DNA of 64,000 bases from Eutreptiella sp. 'Long Island Sound 2002' (Eukaryota > Protista > Euglenida): positions 181,846,001 through 181,910,000 of the forward strand of contig OZ038378.1 in NCBI GenBank assembly GCA_964036045.1. Reading direction: 5' to 3'. Below, piece after piece: positions 35,501 to 46,413 of the stretch. Position numbers and translations under genes: made by a program. The notes under the pieces were generated by a model that did no database searches, had not been told where the DNA came from, and saw nothing but the letters and a program-made list of their open reading frames with translations. Positions within the stretch are counted from its first letter, which is position 1. Each line of letters starts with the position of its first letter.

Positions 35501-37181
35501 TGGGGCTTTTAGCGAAAAAGAAGGCAATTTGGGCTGGGCAGCAGTCATTCCGGATGATTTGGGTGTGATGGCAGTGGCTTCCAGATCAGTGCTGTGTGAC
35601 TCAGGTTCCTTCTGGTGTGCAGAATGGTGTGGCAAGTATCAGGGGATTGTCCCTTGTCAAAGCTAGACCTAGTTGAAGCCACAGTGGTTGCTACCATAGC
35701 CGACAATGTGTCAGCGATGTTCGGGTCCGATGGTGGCAAGCCATCTGCTTGAAGCTGGGTCGACAGGGTTCGTCTAGCTTATGCGGAATACATACACTCC
35801 CATGGCGTTGAGGAGTTCTATGTGGCGGCTCACAATGACTCAGGTGCTACTCACGATGTTGCGAAATGGCAAGAGTTGTGTGATACCCTTGCCAAAGAGG
35901 CCTTATCAGAGTCCCGGGCTTGGAGTGTCCCCTTTTTGGATCTGGTAGTGGCTATGGCCTTCATTCTCAGGGAGGGCAGGCTGGTGCTAGACGCGAATAA
36001 ATCCCTAGACAAAGCAGTGATCAGGTTTCAAGGCTTCCAGCTTCCAGACACAATGCTGAGGGTAGGTAGGGCCTGGCAAGAAACAGTTCTGTCCAGGGGA
36101 CTAAGCCATGAAGCACTGGCGTTTGCGTTCCGGATGCGCACGACTCCGTGGTGCCACACGTCTTCGAATCCGGATTTCTCGTGCCCGATATGCAGGTAAC
36201 ACTGCAAGGGTTGGGGTGTACACTTGCATAAGAAGTGTTTCTCGGGGTTTGTGGCGTGCAGTATTGCTTTTGCCTCAGTGGCAAACTATCTGCATGGTGA
36301 AGATAGTCAGGTTCGCTGGTGTTCGCTTGGCACGTTCATGTTCACATGGAAAGCCACGGACTTCTGGTTATCCCTTGTGTTTGACAGTTCATGGTCCAAC
36401 CAGTGCATGGATGATCCGCATGAGGTCTTTATCTCCTAGTCTGGACTGGTGTTGTGTCAAGATGACTGCAGACTGTCCCTGGCTATCCGTAGCAAGATTG
36501 CAGAGCAGGTCACTGGGTGCATTTGTCCCCTTTTCAGAGACGTCATTTCCTGTGTTTCAAACCTGCCTAGTGGCCCAGAGCAGTCGGCACGCCATGGGCA
36601 TATTTAGCTTGTGCTCGCACACTTGCCTATGTTTGTGAATCGATCCAGCCAGTGTTCTGGGGAGCCAATAGTGGGTGAATAACGGACCGGATCTAGGAAG
36701 AGGCAGGGTCGTCGTTCGTGGCGTTAGGTTACCCTCGCGCTCATATTTGGAGCAAGACATCTTTTGCCTTAGCCCCTCTGTCCCCCCACGAGGTAGACTT
36801 AGGGTACGCAGTGACCACGATTCGTACTCCGGCAGGATTGTATGTTTCCTTTCATCCGACTTCTCCCCCTCCGGGGCTGTGTGCTGCTGTCAGCGATCTG
36901 CTGAAGGATGAATGGAAGGAGGGCTCGGACGGACAGGTGCTGGACCTTCCGGACACCCCGCACGGGGATACAGACTCCGAGGACGATGAACCAGATCTGG
37001 ACGATTGGCTTGAATGATCGCAGATGCGTCTCCTTGTGCTGTGCCAGGGTTCCGATCAGGGTCATGGGAGGTGGAGGGTTCGTGTTTGCCACAGAAGAAA
37101 AAAGTCCACATGGGATCCGGCCTCCGTCACCGCCAGTCACCGAAGGGTGTGCTGGACTGGCGCCTTAATGAGTGGGCCGCT

Positions 37182-37274
<93 letters not shown>
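32527..37274 (+). mobile_element. Decayed LINE: APE endonuclease - RT - RNase H - CCHC-like finger - (TAC)n tail
   Basis: APE remnants (LGINCN, PDVVTLQ, VVNVHFP, QGNVNA); RT motifs (LLKK, RPI, DEKNAF, GPQGS, YSDD); thumb LLYTPPRASGYGL; RNase H (DGA...AE...IADN...AAH...CDTLAK, about 35485-35905); CPIC...H...C; many stops and frameshifts. Confidence 0.88.
37182..37274 (+). repeat. (TAC)31 trinucleotide tail of the LINE
   Basis: Perfect run 165 bp after the last coding remnant (stop at 37017). Confidence 0.92.
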
Positions 37275-37340
37275 ATACACATACACGTGACATACACGTG
37301 CACACATGTTGTCATGGTTGTTGTTGTTGGGGACATAACA

Positions 37341-38144
37341 CAGGGGGGGGGGGAATATGCGATTCGCATTTTTCCGCATTTTCCGCATTTTTTTTCGCAT
37401 TTTTTGGGCAGGTCCCTTAGTGTAATGTTCAAGAGGAAACATTCTAGTGGCATTGTCTTGTAGTCAGTTAGTTGTGAAGAACAATGGGTTTTGTGGGCGC
37501 CAGAGGCGCCGGAGATTTTTTTTAGGCAGATGGCAGGGGGAAATTTTTTTGTTTGACCCTATGTGTGTATGCTCAAAATACTCAGAATTTTGTGGAGAAT
37601 TCAAAAATGGATGAAAAACACAAAAAAGGACATTGACCCCGACCCGACCTCCGGGTCGGACCTTCGCTGATGGGAGCCTGAGTTGATGGGCAAATTTTTT
37701 TTGAAAAATTTTTTCCCCAGTTGTGTATATTCAAAATGAACAGCGTGTCATGGGGATCATTTTGAGGTATGTATGTTGGGGTATCCCCCCCCCCCCCCCC
37801 GGGGAGCCCGGCGGTTTGGGTCAATGGGGGAGCACCTGATGCGGCGCCGAGATTCAGCGGTCTGGCCTGACCAAGCAGCTGCAGCTTCTGCCCCTAGCGG
37901 TTTTGAGCCTAGTCCGTGATATTCTTGAGTTGAACTACTGCACTAAGTTGTTCCATCGAACCGTCCATGCTTTGAGCGCCCAATTGTGCAAGACGAGACG
38001 AACCATAGGGGTTTCGAGGGGCAAACACCATTCTAACAAAACCGCATTTTCTATCGCATTTTTTGCCGCATTTTCCGCATTTTTTCCGCATTTTTCCGCA
38101 TTTTTTGCCAATCCCGGCGACCGCATTTCCCCCCCCCCCCCCTG
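37341..38144. mobile_element. 804-bp MITE-like element, CAG...CTG termini, 7-bp TSD
   Basis: TIR CAG(G)nAATATGCG / CGCATTT(C)nTG; CATAACA at 37334-37340 and 38145-38151; subterminal CCGCATTTTT repeats. Confidence 0.8.
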
Positions 38145-38466
38145 CATAACACACGAAGGCCTCTGTAGCGTCTCATTCCAAACTGGCTTGAGTATCCAAG
38201 CAGATATTCCTGCGAAGGGACTGAGAAGACGCAGGACCTGGGTCTAAAAATAAGATGGCAGACGGGCACGTGCATGGAGGGTTTCTGGGTGAAAGCACTC
38301 CCCAAAACAAGCGGAACCCTGTGCACAACGCTGCGGCTCAGCCTTGGTATGTAGCGTCTGTCTACATCTGTTGTGGGGAGGGGGACCGGCGCATTATCCT
38401 CTTTTCCCTCGTGCGCTTAGTTGCTTATTGATCTTTGACTTGCACACTATACATCCGCACTTGCAG

Positions 38467-38702
38467 GCTCCTGTGCGGCCCCCAAAAGTGTGACACATTC
38501 CAGGATCGCTGAGAACATCGGCATCTATGACTTTGAGCTCAGTCCTGGGGACATGGATCTGTTCAGTTTGCTGAACTGTGGATGGAGACACTGCATGTTT
38601 GCGGAGTCAGCAATGCATCCTGATTACCCTTTCAAGGACGATCTGCCGTACGGATATGTGCCAGGTCCTGCCCCAAAATCCACCACGACCAGTGGTCGCT
38701 GA
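38467..38702 (+). CDS. Aldo-keto reductase exon 6 (terminal)
   Basis: CAG acceptor, phase 1; GSCAAPKSVTHSRIAENIGIYDFELS...HPDYPF..., TGA at 38700-38702. Confidence 0.9.
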
Positions 38703-41700
38703 AGTGGCGTGTGTATTGCCCACTGGCTGTGGGTGGAGACATGTCGAGCCCTGCACCTTGACACCAAACTCGTGATGTGCTGTTGCCATGCATTCATGGA
38801 CCATCTTTCCATGAATGCTGAGGTGCAGGTGTATATACTGTTTCGACGTGTCAGCGTTTTTCTCTGCATTTTTGGATAACCAAGCGCCAAACATCAGAGT
38901 TGTCCACTCCAGTGGAGGACTCGTCGCGATTCGAGGGGGGATCATAAGCCTGTAGCCCTGTAAGACTGAGCCCACGATGGAAGCGTCCAAGGTCCGTACC
39001 ACAATGTTTGATAATGTGTCATATTCACGAGGTGTTGAGTGCATGTGTGTGCACGGGCTGCCCGAATCGTTGGCTCCAGACGCCTTATGCCTTTCAGCAA
39101 GTGCACAAGGGGGGCAAAGAGGAATAGTGACGGGTCTGAGAACACATCTTTGCAGTGAGGCGGGATTTTGTAGCACGGAACTCGCAGCACCCACACCAGA
39201 TCCATCATTTTTTTGTTGTCGGAGGAAGCGGTGTTGTTGGCAGTCAATAGACTGTTTGACCCGATGGGAGTGTTGGCTGAGTGCTGGGGGCGGTGGCCTG
39301 TCAGTCACAGGCGGCCCTTGGGCAGGTTACGGGCCGCCTCCGAAAGATCAAGGTTTGCCACCGCCACGGGCCAACGGGCGCTTCCATAGAATCGGATTTC
39401 GCAGATGGTCACAAGGGAATGGATTGATATTTGGATGCAATCAGCCAATGACCCACATTGCGCAAGGTTCAGTTACCTGATGCACGGGCTTCGGAAAAAA
39501 GATGAAAAAGACTGATTGGGCAGATGGTACGGCCACATATTTGGCGCGGGCCAACTGACCCTTTTGGACTGGAACAGGCACACGCCCGCAGGTTATCAGC
39601 TTCAGGTGGTGCGTTATCCGTTTGAGTTCCTGTGCCTGTGTGACATACTGTGGGGTCTCGGTCGATGTCCCGCCATGTCCACTTGTGCTTCCGCTTTGAC
39701 GGCGGCAAGCGGGCCCATCCTGCCCCAGCCCCTCACGGCAGGGGGTCCTGCCTGTTCATAATCGTTCTGCCCATTGTGGTTGGTTCCTCGGAAATGCAAG
39801 AAAGCTTCTGCGCTGCCGCGGAATAATTTGTGCTGAAAGTACATTTGGGAGCTGGCTACAATCAATACCTGTGCACAGGATGTCAGGGCTACAGCTTTTT
39901 ACTGCTTACGTGCGTGTTTGCTGTTTGTGGGTATTTGGGGGTATTTGATCGCCATGATGTAGGCTGCATGATGATTCTTCGGATTCTCCCGTTCCGCAGT
40001 GCGGGGTCGAGCTGCATGACTTTCACATGGTTTTCAAACACACAACAGCGCACACGCACAGACATTTGTTGTTGATGCAGCCCATCAACTCAGGAGAATC
40101 GACCTGCAGAATTCGTATTTGTTGTCCGTTCTTTTTGATTTTCGGAGAATGCACAAGACAGGCATCAGGGAATCGGATCACCCATTTGTGAATTGATTGT
40201 TTGACCCATTGAGACCCCGAAACCCCAAACCCGTGCCTACGGGAGCAGCAGGTTTGTTGCCCAACGTTGTGGCCAACAGCAATGTTACCGCTTGTTGGGT
40301 GCTTCGGGTGGTTCATTCTTACGTCTACCCACACAGAAATTCCTGTTTTTTTCACGTACAACAGTGGGTTACCCATATTTGTGTCTAGCATTTTACCAAA
40401 CCAAAACGCGACGAAGAAGTTTTGATCTCCCCCCCTGTCCCTCACACCGCTGGTGCTGGGGTCCGACATGTCCCTTATAAATGGGCTGCAGGCGGGTATT
40501 TGCATGCTTATGCCCGCAAACTTGTGCTACCCCCATGGTCCGAGTGCTGACTCATGCATGGGCATGTCACTGAATGTGCGCTGCAAACTCTTAACCCGTT
40601 TTGGACAGCACACGTTTATGACACGGGCCCCATTGTGTCCAAAATACAAGAAAACTGTGCTTTTGTTCAGAATCCTGGGTTCAGTTTTTCCGAAGCGACT
40701 TTGGCTTAAAAGGTGAAGCAAATTTGCGGGGGAATGCAGAAAAAAGCGATAGGTTTGCTGCAGTAGATTCCACAAACGCCTGTGAACATTACAATTTTCT
40801 GTTGCCGCCAGCTGTTTGTGAAATCGCCAATGTCCTCTAGTTTTGGCCAACCGAAAGTTCTGCCCTACTTGTGTCAATCTACACGTCAAAGTACCAGCAC
40901 TGCTGCGCATCCAATGACGCGGCATCCCTCATGTCGCATTTGAATCATGGTAGTGAGGCACGGGAGTTTGCATACATTGAAACAGAGCATTGCAGTCTCA
41001 GATATATCAGAATGAGTATCGGAAAGTAGCAGAAGTCACCCACTTTTGAGCAGCAGTGCAGGATCGAAGCTCGAACTATTCACTGCCCACAACGCTTTTG
41101 GCCCGGCCCACAAGTCAGCTGCTTACCGCTGAAGCGGTCCTCGGTGCTGATAGTAGTTCAAGTTGCGCAACACACAAGGCTTGTGTCGGCCTCCCTCAGC
41201 TCGCGTGCACCATGTGGGTGTGACGTTCCCATCGTACATCATGAAACTTTCGTCTTGCATCACCGCCCAAGCCCCCATGGATCCTCTGCCATATTTCTAA
41301 GGCCCATGTTACTTCACTGCCAGCTGTAGGATGTAGTGCCAAACCTCGCACGGAACTGTCCTGTAGAGACCCAGTGCATCGTATGCCTGCTTGGTATGTT
41401 GCATGACCACTCAGCATGGGCCGGTTCCCTGTTCCACTGGCATCTCGCCTGCGTTCATAAACGACGACGTTGGCATCCGATTTCGGCACTAGCCTGAAAC
41501 TGCCTCCCAGCTCCGCTCTGTGGCTAGCGCTTGGGACTGTATTGATGAGAGCACTAGCTGAAAAGTGACCCAACAGGAGTCGGCATGAGGTAATGAACGC
41601 CGTGTCTGCTGATGCGTCAGTTTTCTTCAACTATTGTCCAAGTCACCTCCCGATGCGGATTTGACGTTTCGAATGCCTCTCTCCTTTTGCTAAGGGGGGC

Positions 41701-42474
41701 ACCCTGGTTCAGACCCCCCCTCCCCATGAGCACAATGTGTGTGGGAAGACGAGGAAAGAGTGGCTGGGGCATGCATGTCAGGAATGGTTCTGCCCCTCAC
41801 AGTGTTGTGCTTTGGAGTGGAAGCCATTTTGATTGGTCGTGACTGGGAGCAATGGCTTACGTTGCGGTACCGAACATGCATTGGCCATCATCTCCTTCCC
41901 ATGTCTTCGTTTGGTGGTGCCATGTGCGCGTTGGCTTTGACCCCTCGGGAGGGTTTTCCGGACCCCCTCCCGCCTAGCGAGGGATTGGGTTAGTCATCCT
42001 CCCTCCTAGTGAGGGGTAGGGTTGCCATTCCACCTCCTAGCCAAAGTGAGACTAGGCATACACGGTTTCCCTCCCGCTCCAGCCCTCCAGTAAGCACTCG
42101 TCCTGTGCACCTATGCAGCCCATTGCACACACCCAGGGGGTGATAGGGGGTGCCCCACCGTGCGGTTGCCACAGGACTGGGTTCATCTGTGGTCCGCGGA
42201 CCTGGCGTATGCCATTTGCTGATGCGTACAGCCATACAACGGGGAATACACCTTCACCCCGTCCGATTTCAGATGTTCTGGGTCGCCAGGCCCCGTTAGT
42301 ACCTGAGGTGGGAGACCGCTTGTATCATGGAGTCGAATCTTCCAGCGGCTAGGTTCTGGTTTAGGGTGTAACGGCCGCCCCGGGGGGGGGGAGGGGGGCA
42401 GTTTGATGAGTAGCGCCATGCGCGTGACATTACCTATATGATGTGCATAGCAACATGAACCTCATGTCTTGCAC

Positions 42475-42500
42475 ACTTTCTGAGCGTCTAATTTTTGTCG
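42475..42500 (+). ncRNA. Spliced-leader exon-like sequence followed by GT (SL RNA gene fragment or relic)
   Basis: ACTTTCTGAGCGTCTAATTTTTGTCG matches the 26-nt Euglena SL as I recall it (ACTTTCTGAGTGTCTATTTTTTTTCG) at 23/26; GT at 42501-42502; no Sm site seen downstream. Confidence 0.65.
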
Positions 42501-42930
42501 GTGCCTTACTGGAGCCAGTCGGGTGCAGGGTGTGAAAGGGGTGACGACCATCATCAGATGATGGCTCTGCAGGGGAGGAGCAGTGTATACATAGTCGATT
42601 GACCCTGTAACCTGAAGCCCCCTCTGAGTGAGGATGGCGGGTTGGTGGTAGAGCCGGCAATGCATTATCTCAGACTTTGGGTCTGAAGCTCCGGAACAAT
42701 CTCGAACAGTTATCGATGGTACCGGACAGTCCAAAAGAAAAAAAGATGATGGCTACGCACGGTGATCCCGTGTGGCTGTGATTTTCTGGGACCGCCGTGC
42801 TTGCGCAGGTGGCGGGTTTAGTAGTGAGATCGGACATTGGTGGTTGGATTTTGCGACGCCCCTTGCTGCGTTTTGTCAGTTGCATAATGCGACCCCGAAT
42901 TGCTCAAGAGCTCCGTTGAAGTCGCTTCTG

Positions 42931-43092
42931 ATGGAGGGATGGGGCAAGTGGGCTGTCCCCGTCGCGGCCGGCGCAGTTAGTGTGTATTGTATCCGCAATG
43001 TCAGAAAGTCCCGGCGATTGAGGCGCCAAGCTGCGAATGATTATTATGACCTCGTGATCAAGATGGATGACTTCATGTCCGTTTGTCGCAAG
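42931..43092 (+). CDS. P-loop GTPase (TRAFAC-like) exon 1, hydrophobic plus basic N-terminus
   Basis: MEGWGKWAVPVAAGAVSVYCIRNVRKSRRLRR...; AAG|GT donor at 43093; phase 0 matches exon 2. Confidence 0.7.
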
Positions 43093-43809
43093 GTGTGTCC
43101 GTGTGGAAAAGCTGTGCGTTCCCGGTCATTGTGCTGGACAAGTTGGCTTTCATGAACTTCTTGCGATTCGGTTGCAGTTCAACGCTCGTTGATACCAGTT
43201 CCACACGTTCCTTATTGCGATGCTAGAACCAGCGTGGCACATGCACAGACACGCGCGTCCGAGAGACGGTACCGAATGTGCCTTGTGTTTTCTGTGTCCA
43301 AAATGTGACAATGGCTGTGAGCCGATCCCTTGTTGCTTCCATGATAGAGCGTTTCAGGACGCACACCGCGGTTGGTGAGGGATTCCACGCCACACCACCC
43401 GGAGGCAATCGCACTGCACCGTTTTCGGTGAAAGCGCCGCGTTGCAAGCAGACACCGCAACATTGCAAGCTACGCACACAAGTACGTAGAACCATGTGCG
43501 TTGCTCTCGGCCTGCGTATCGTTGGGGCGACCTCATACTGCAGCATTACCAACGGACTTTGGTGTGATGAGAAGTCACATATTGTCACGCAGTGCTTTCG
43601 TGCTCTCTTCCCACCCGTCCATTTCACAACGCCAGGCTAAGCGCAGCACAAGCACGGCCACTCACTGACAATTTAGTTTGACAAGCTCCACTCGCAACAC
43701 TTTGGTGGAGGGTGTGCATAGGTATTTTGGTTGAAGCTTAGGCCGCAATTTGGATGGCTGGGGCTCTTCACAATGAGCTAGTCGTAGCGAATGTTGAGGG
43801 CCCTTAAGA

Positions 43810-43905
43810 TATAGGCAAGCTAGTGCAGCCGCAGCATGCCGCAGCATGCCGCAGCATGCCGCAGCACAAGAAATTTTTCCGAGGGACCGCACTAGCTTGG
43901 ATATA
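43810..43905. mobile_element. ~95-bp MITE with TA-ended TIRs and internal (GCAGCATGCC)n
   Basis: TATAGGCAAGCTAGTGC / GCACTAGCTTGGATATA (15/17 inverted); related core at about 25160-25230. Confidence 0.6.
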
Positions 43906-44383
43906 GCCCCTAGGGACCACCAACGCCCACCGCCCACCGCCACTAACCACCAACCGCCGCCAACCGCCGGCCATTGTTCAATAATGCTTCTGTGGTTTTG
44001 AGTCTTGTCCATGTTTTGACCATCAAGCAGATAGCGTTTGCGTGAAGGTTCGTTTCTCTTTGTGTTACCAATCCCCTTTTTTCTTTTTCCCTTAAGGACA
44101 GCCCTGCTGGGACAAACCACAAATGCCCTTCGACAAACGACCAATGCGGGACGCACGACAAATTCACTGGGACAAACCACAAATGCCATGGAACAAAGGG
44201 GGGGGGATTAGCTTTTGTAACGGGAAAATATTTTTGGGCCATCTTTGGTACACAAACCGTTGGATCCCAGACCCCCCCCCATAACCCCCTTCCATAACAA
44301 GCATGCCCACCCCTCCCCCTGTCCACCCCTCCCCCAGCCCTTGAAAAGGGGGCTCGGGGTGATGTTTCGTTCCGCCCCAACAG

Positions 44384-44533
44384 GGCTGGCTCATTGATGA
44401 TCGGCGCATGGATATCGACAACTGGAAGGGTGTCATCGTGACCGTTCTGGGGGAATTCAACAAGGGGAAGACGTACGTTCTGAACCAACTGATTGGCACG
44501 AGCTTGCCAAGTGGAGTGAACATCCGCACAGAG
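44384..44533 (+). CDS. GTPase exon 2 (G1 and G2 motifs)
   Basis: CAG acceptor; IVTVLGEFNKGKTYVLNQL...SGVNIRTE; GAG|GT donor at 44534. Confidence 0.88.
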
Positions 44534-45212
44534 GTATCTTGTGATGCCAGCGGAATGGCATCCCTGAGGCTCTGCTTGGTGCGGTTCGCACACACGCGTT
44601 CTTCTGTGGGTTCTGCTTGGACGTGAGTAGCCACTGGTACGCGCAGTGCGTTGAGTCAAGTTGACCAACGGTAGAATAAGACAGGAACCACATGTCCTTC
44701 TGCGTGGTGTGAATTCTTCAACAGGCCCCCTGCCTAGCTGCCTAGCGGATGGAGTACGGTGGTCGTACCATTTTTTCGCTTGAGAAAAAGTTGTTGAGTG
44801 GAAGGTTTCCACCAGCATTGCCATGGGTACAGTTCAGTGCGACTGCACCAGTCGATGGCTGTTCGCTGTCCGATTGTGCAATGGCTGGGGTACGGGATAC
44901 AGACCCTACCTTTCTACTGTACCAGGTCAGCTGTCGCCCATTGGGTACTCTGGGTGTAAACATTGGAAACGTGGCATTGGGGATGGGGAGTTTCGATCTG
45001 AGTCACCCCAACAAGCAACCTGCGAGGACGGACATAAAGGGTGGAAGCAATGAAGACCGGGGTGGCACGTGGGTCGGAGCAAATTGCAGTGAAGCAAACC
45101 TGACCCTTTATGGCCCAATTCTACGTGCGCGCTTTTGCCCCGGCCGTGTGCAAGGCAATCGGTCCATGGCAGCTCGACTCCTCACCTGCCAGCTACTGCT
45201 GTCATCTGCCAG

Positions 45213-45427
45213 GGCTTAAGCTTCAAGCGGATGAAGCTTGCCCGGAAGGAGGTCTGCCTGTTGGACACTGCTGGTGCTGGGTCACCCGTGAGGTCCGTCA
45301 CGCCATCGCAACTGCAGCAGAAAAAGGCCATGGAGAAGTTCCTGCGAGATGTTGTGTTTGAGTGTGCTGATGTATTTTTGTACGTCATCAACGACATCTC
45401 TGCAGAAGAGCAGATTCACTTGCACAG
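45213..45427 (+). CDS. GTPase exon 3 (G3 DTAG)
   Basis: CAG acceptor; GLSFK...CLLDTAG...ADVFLYVINDISAEEQIHLH; CAG|GT donor at 45428, phase 2. Confidence 0.88.
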
Positions 45428-46075
45428 GTGGGTCGTGTGCGCCGATGTGGCCGCATCGGACTTGGTCCATCAGTGGCATGTAGGCCCTCTGGAACCCCCT
45501 TTTTGGTTTGTACTCATCGGCGTGGACGGTTTTTCAACAGAACAGCTGAACGCCAGCCCAAGGCCAACGGCACTTGGACGGTAACCGGCAGGTAACCGAT
45601 GGCGGTCGGACGGTGGCTGATCGAGGGTTTTGAGGTGATTCGCTGCATGTCCGTGCTGACTAAGGGCTATTTTGTAGGCTCGGGCGGAGTGGACGCCCAG
45701 CTGTGCAAGCCCCGACACTCTGACACCTTGACGATCTCCCCGGAACCTTCACCAATCCCTGAATGCGGTGAGAAAAATCCCCCGGGATGCCCTTGTGCTC
45801 TCGTGAGCTCTCCGTGAACTTCTTTGTATTTGCAGCCTGCCACCCTTCTTCCCCGTGAAGCTTATGTGCGGAGTGCAGTGACGTGGCGCCTGGAAGGATG
45901 CGGTGGCGGGGGGGAGGATGTGTAGAGGACCAGGGAGGACCGGGGAGGATGGTGAAGAAGACTGGGGATCATGCTGTGAGGGCTGAGGAGGATGTGTGGA
46001 GGGACGGTGAACCAGAGCACCACGCCATCCTTGTCTGCATGAGTCGTTTGCTGAGTATCCCACACTATTCCACAG

Positions 46076-46172
46076 TCTGGCACTCTCCCTGGAGCAATCC
46101 AATAAGGATGACAAGAGAATTATTGTGATTCACAATCTGCGGGAGCGCGTCACTCTTGATGAGATGAATGAG
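46076..46172 (+). CDS. GTPase exon 4 (G4-like IVIHN)
   Basis: TTCCACAG acceptor, phase 2; (S)LALSLEQSNKDDKRIIVIHNLRERVTLDEMNE; GAG|GT donor at 46173. Confidence 0.8.
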
Positions 46173-46386
46173 GTATGGGCGGATGCGCAGGTTTTATAGT
46201 CGTTCAGATTCCACTTGTGGTTGCCTGGGAAAGTGGTGCCAATGTGGGGGGCGTACAGTGTGTTTTGCTGTGCGTGCGTGCGTGCGTGTGTGTTTTTGTG
46301 TTGGGGAGGACAGTGATTCATTACAAGCGCGTGACGTTAATGATATGATGTACATAGCAACGCAACATGAGCCTCAAGCAGTGCAT

Positions 46387-46413
46387 ACTTTCTGAGTGTC
46401 TAGTTTATTTCTG
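46387..46413 (+). ncRNA. Second spliced-leader exon-like sequence (intronic relic)
   Basis: ACTTTCTGAGTGTCTA matches the first 16 nt of the Euglena SL exactly, then GTTTATTTCTG; shares about 55-60 bp of upstream sequence with the copy at 42475. Confidence 0.6.

Noticed and set aside
30126-37294. 12-bp inverted match TATGTCACGTGT (30126) / ACACGTGACATA (37283) near both edges of the PLE+LINE block
   Set aside because: It does not extend, has no TSD, and the right copy is part of a local 11-bp tandem duplication; cannot be told apart from chance.
40527-40925. Possible hAT transposase relic on the minus strand (CNVH, LLQQTYRFFLHSP, TQW in another frame)
   Set aside because: Motif spacing is wrong, and no DDE residues or dimerisation domain were found; a profile HMM search on all frames would decide.
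45836-45881. Alternative GTPase exon after the TTTGCAG acceptor at 45835
   Set aside because: In-frame TGA at 45879; the acceptor at 46075 gives a continuous frame into the IVIHN motif.
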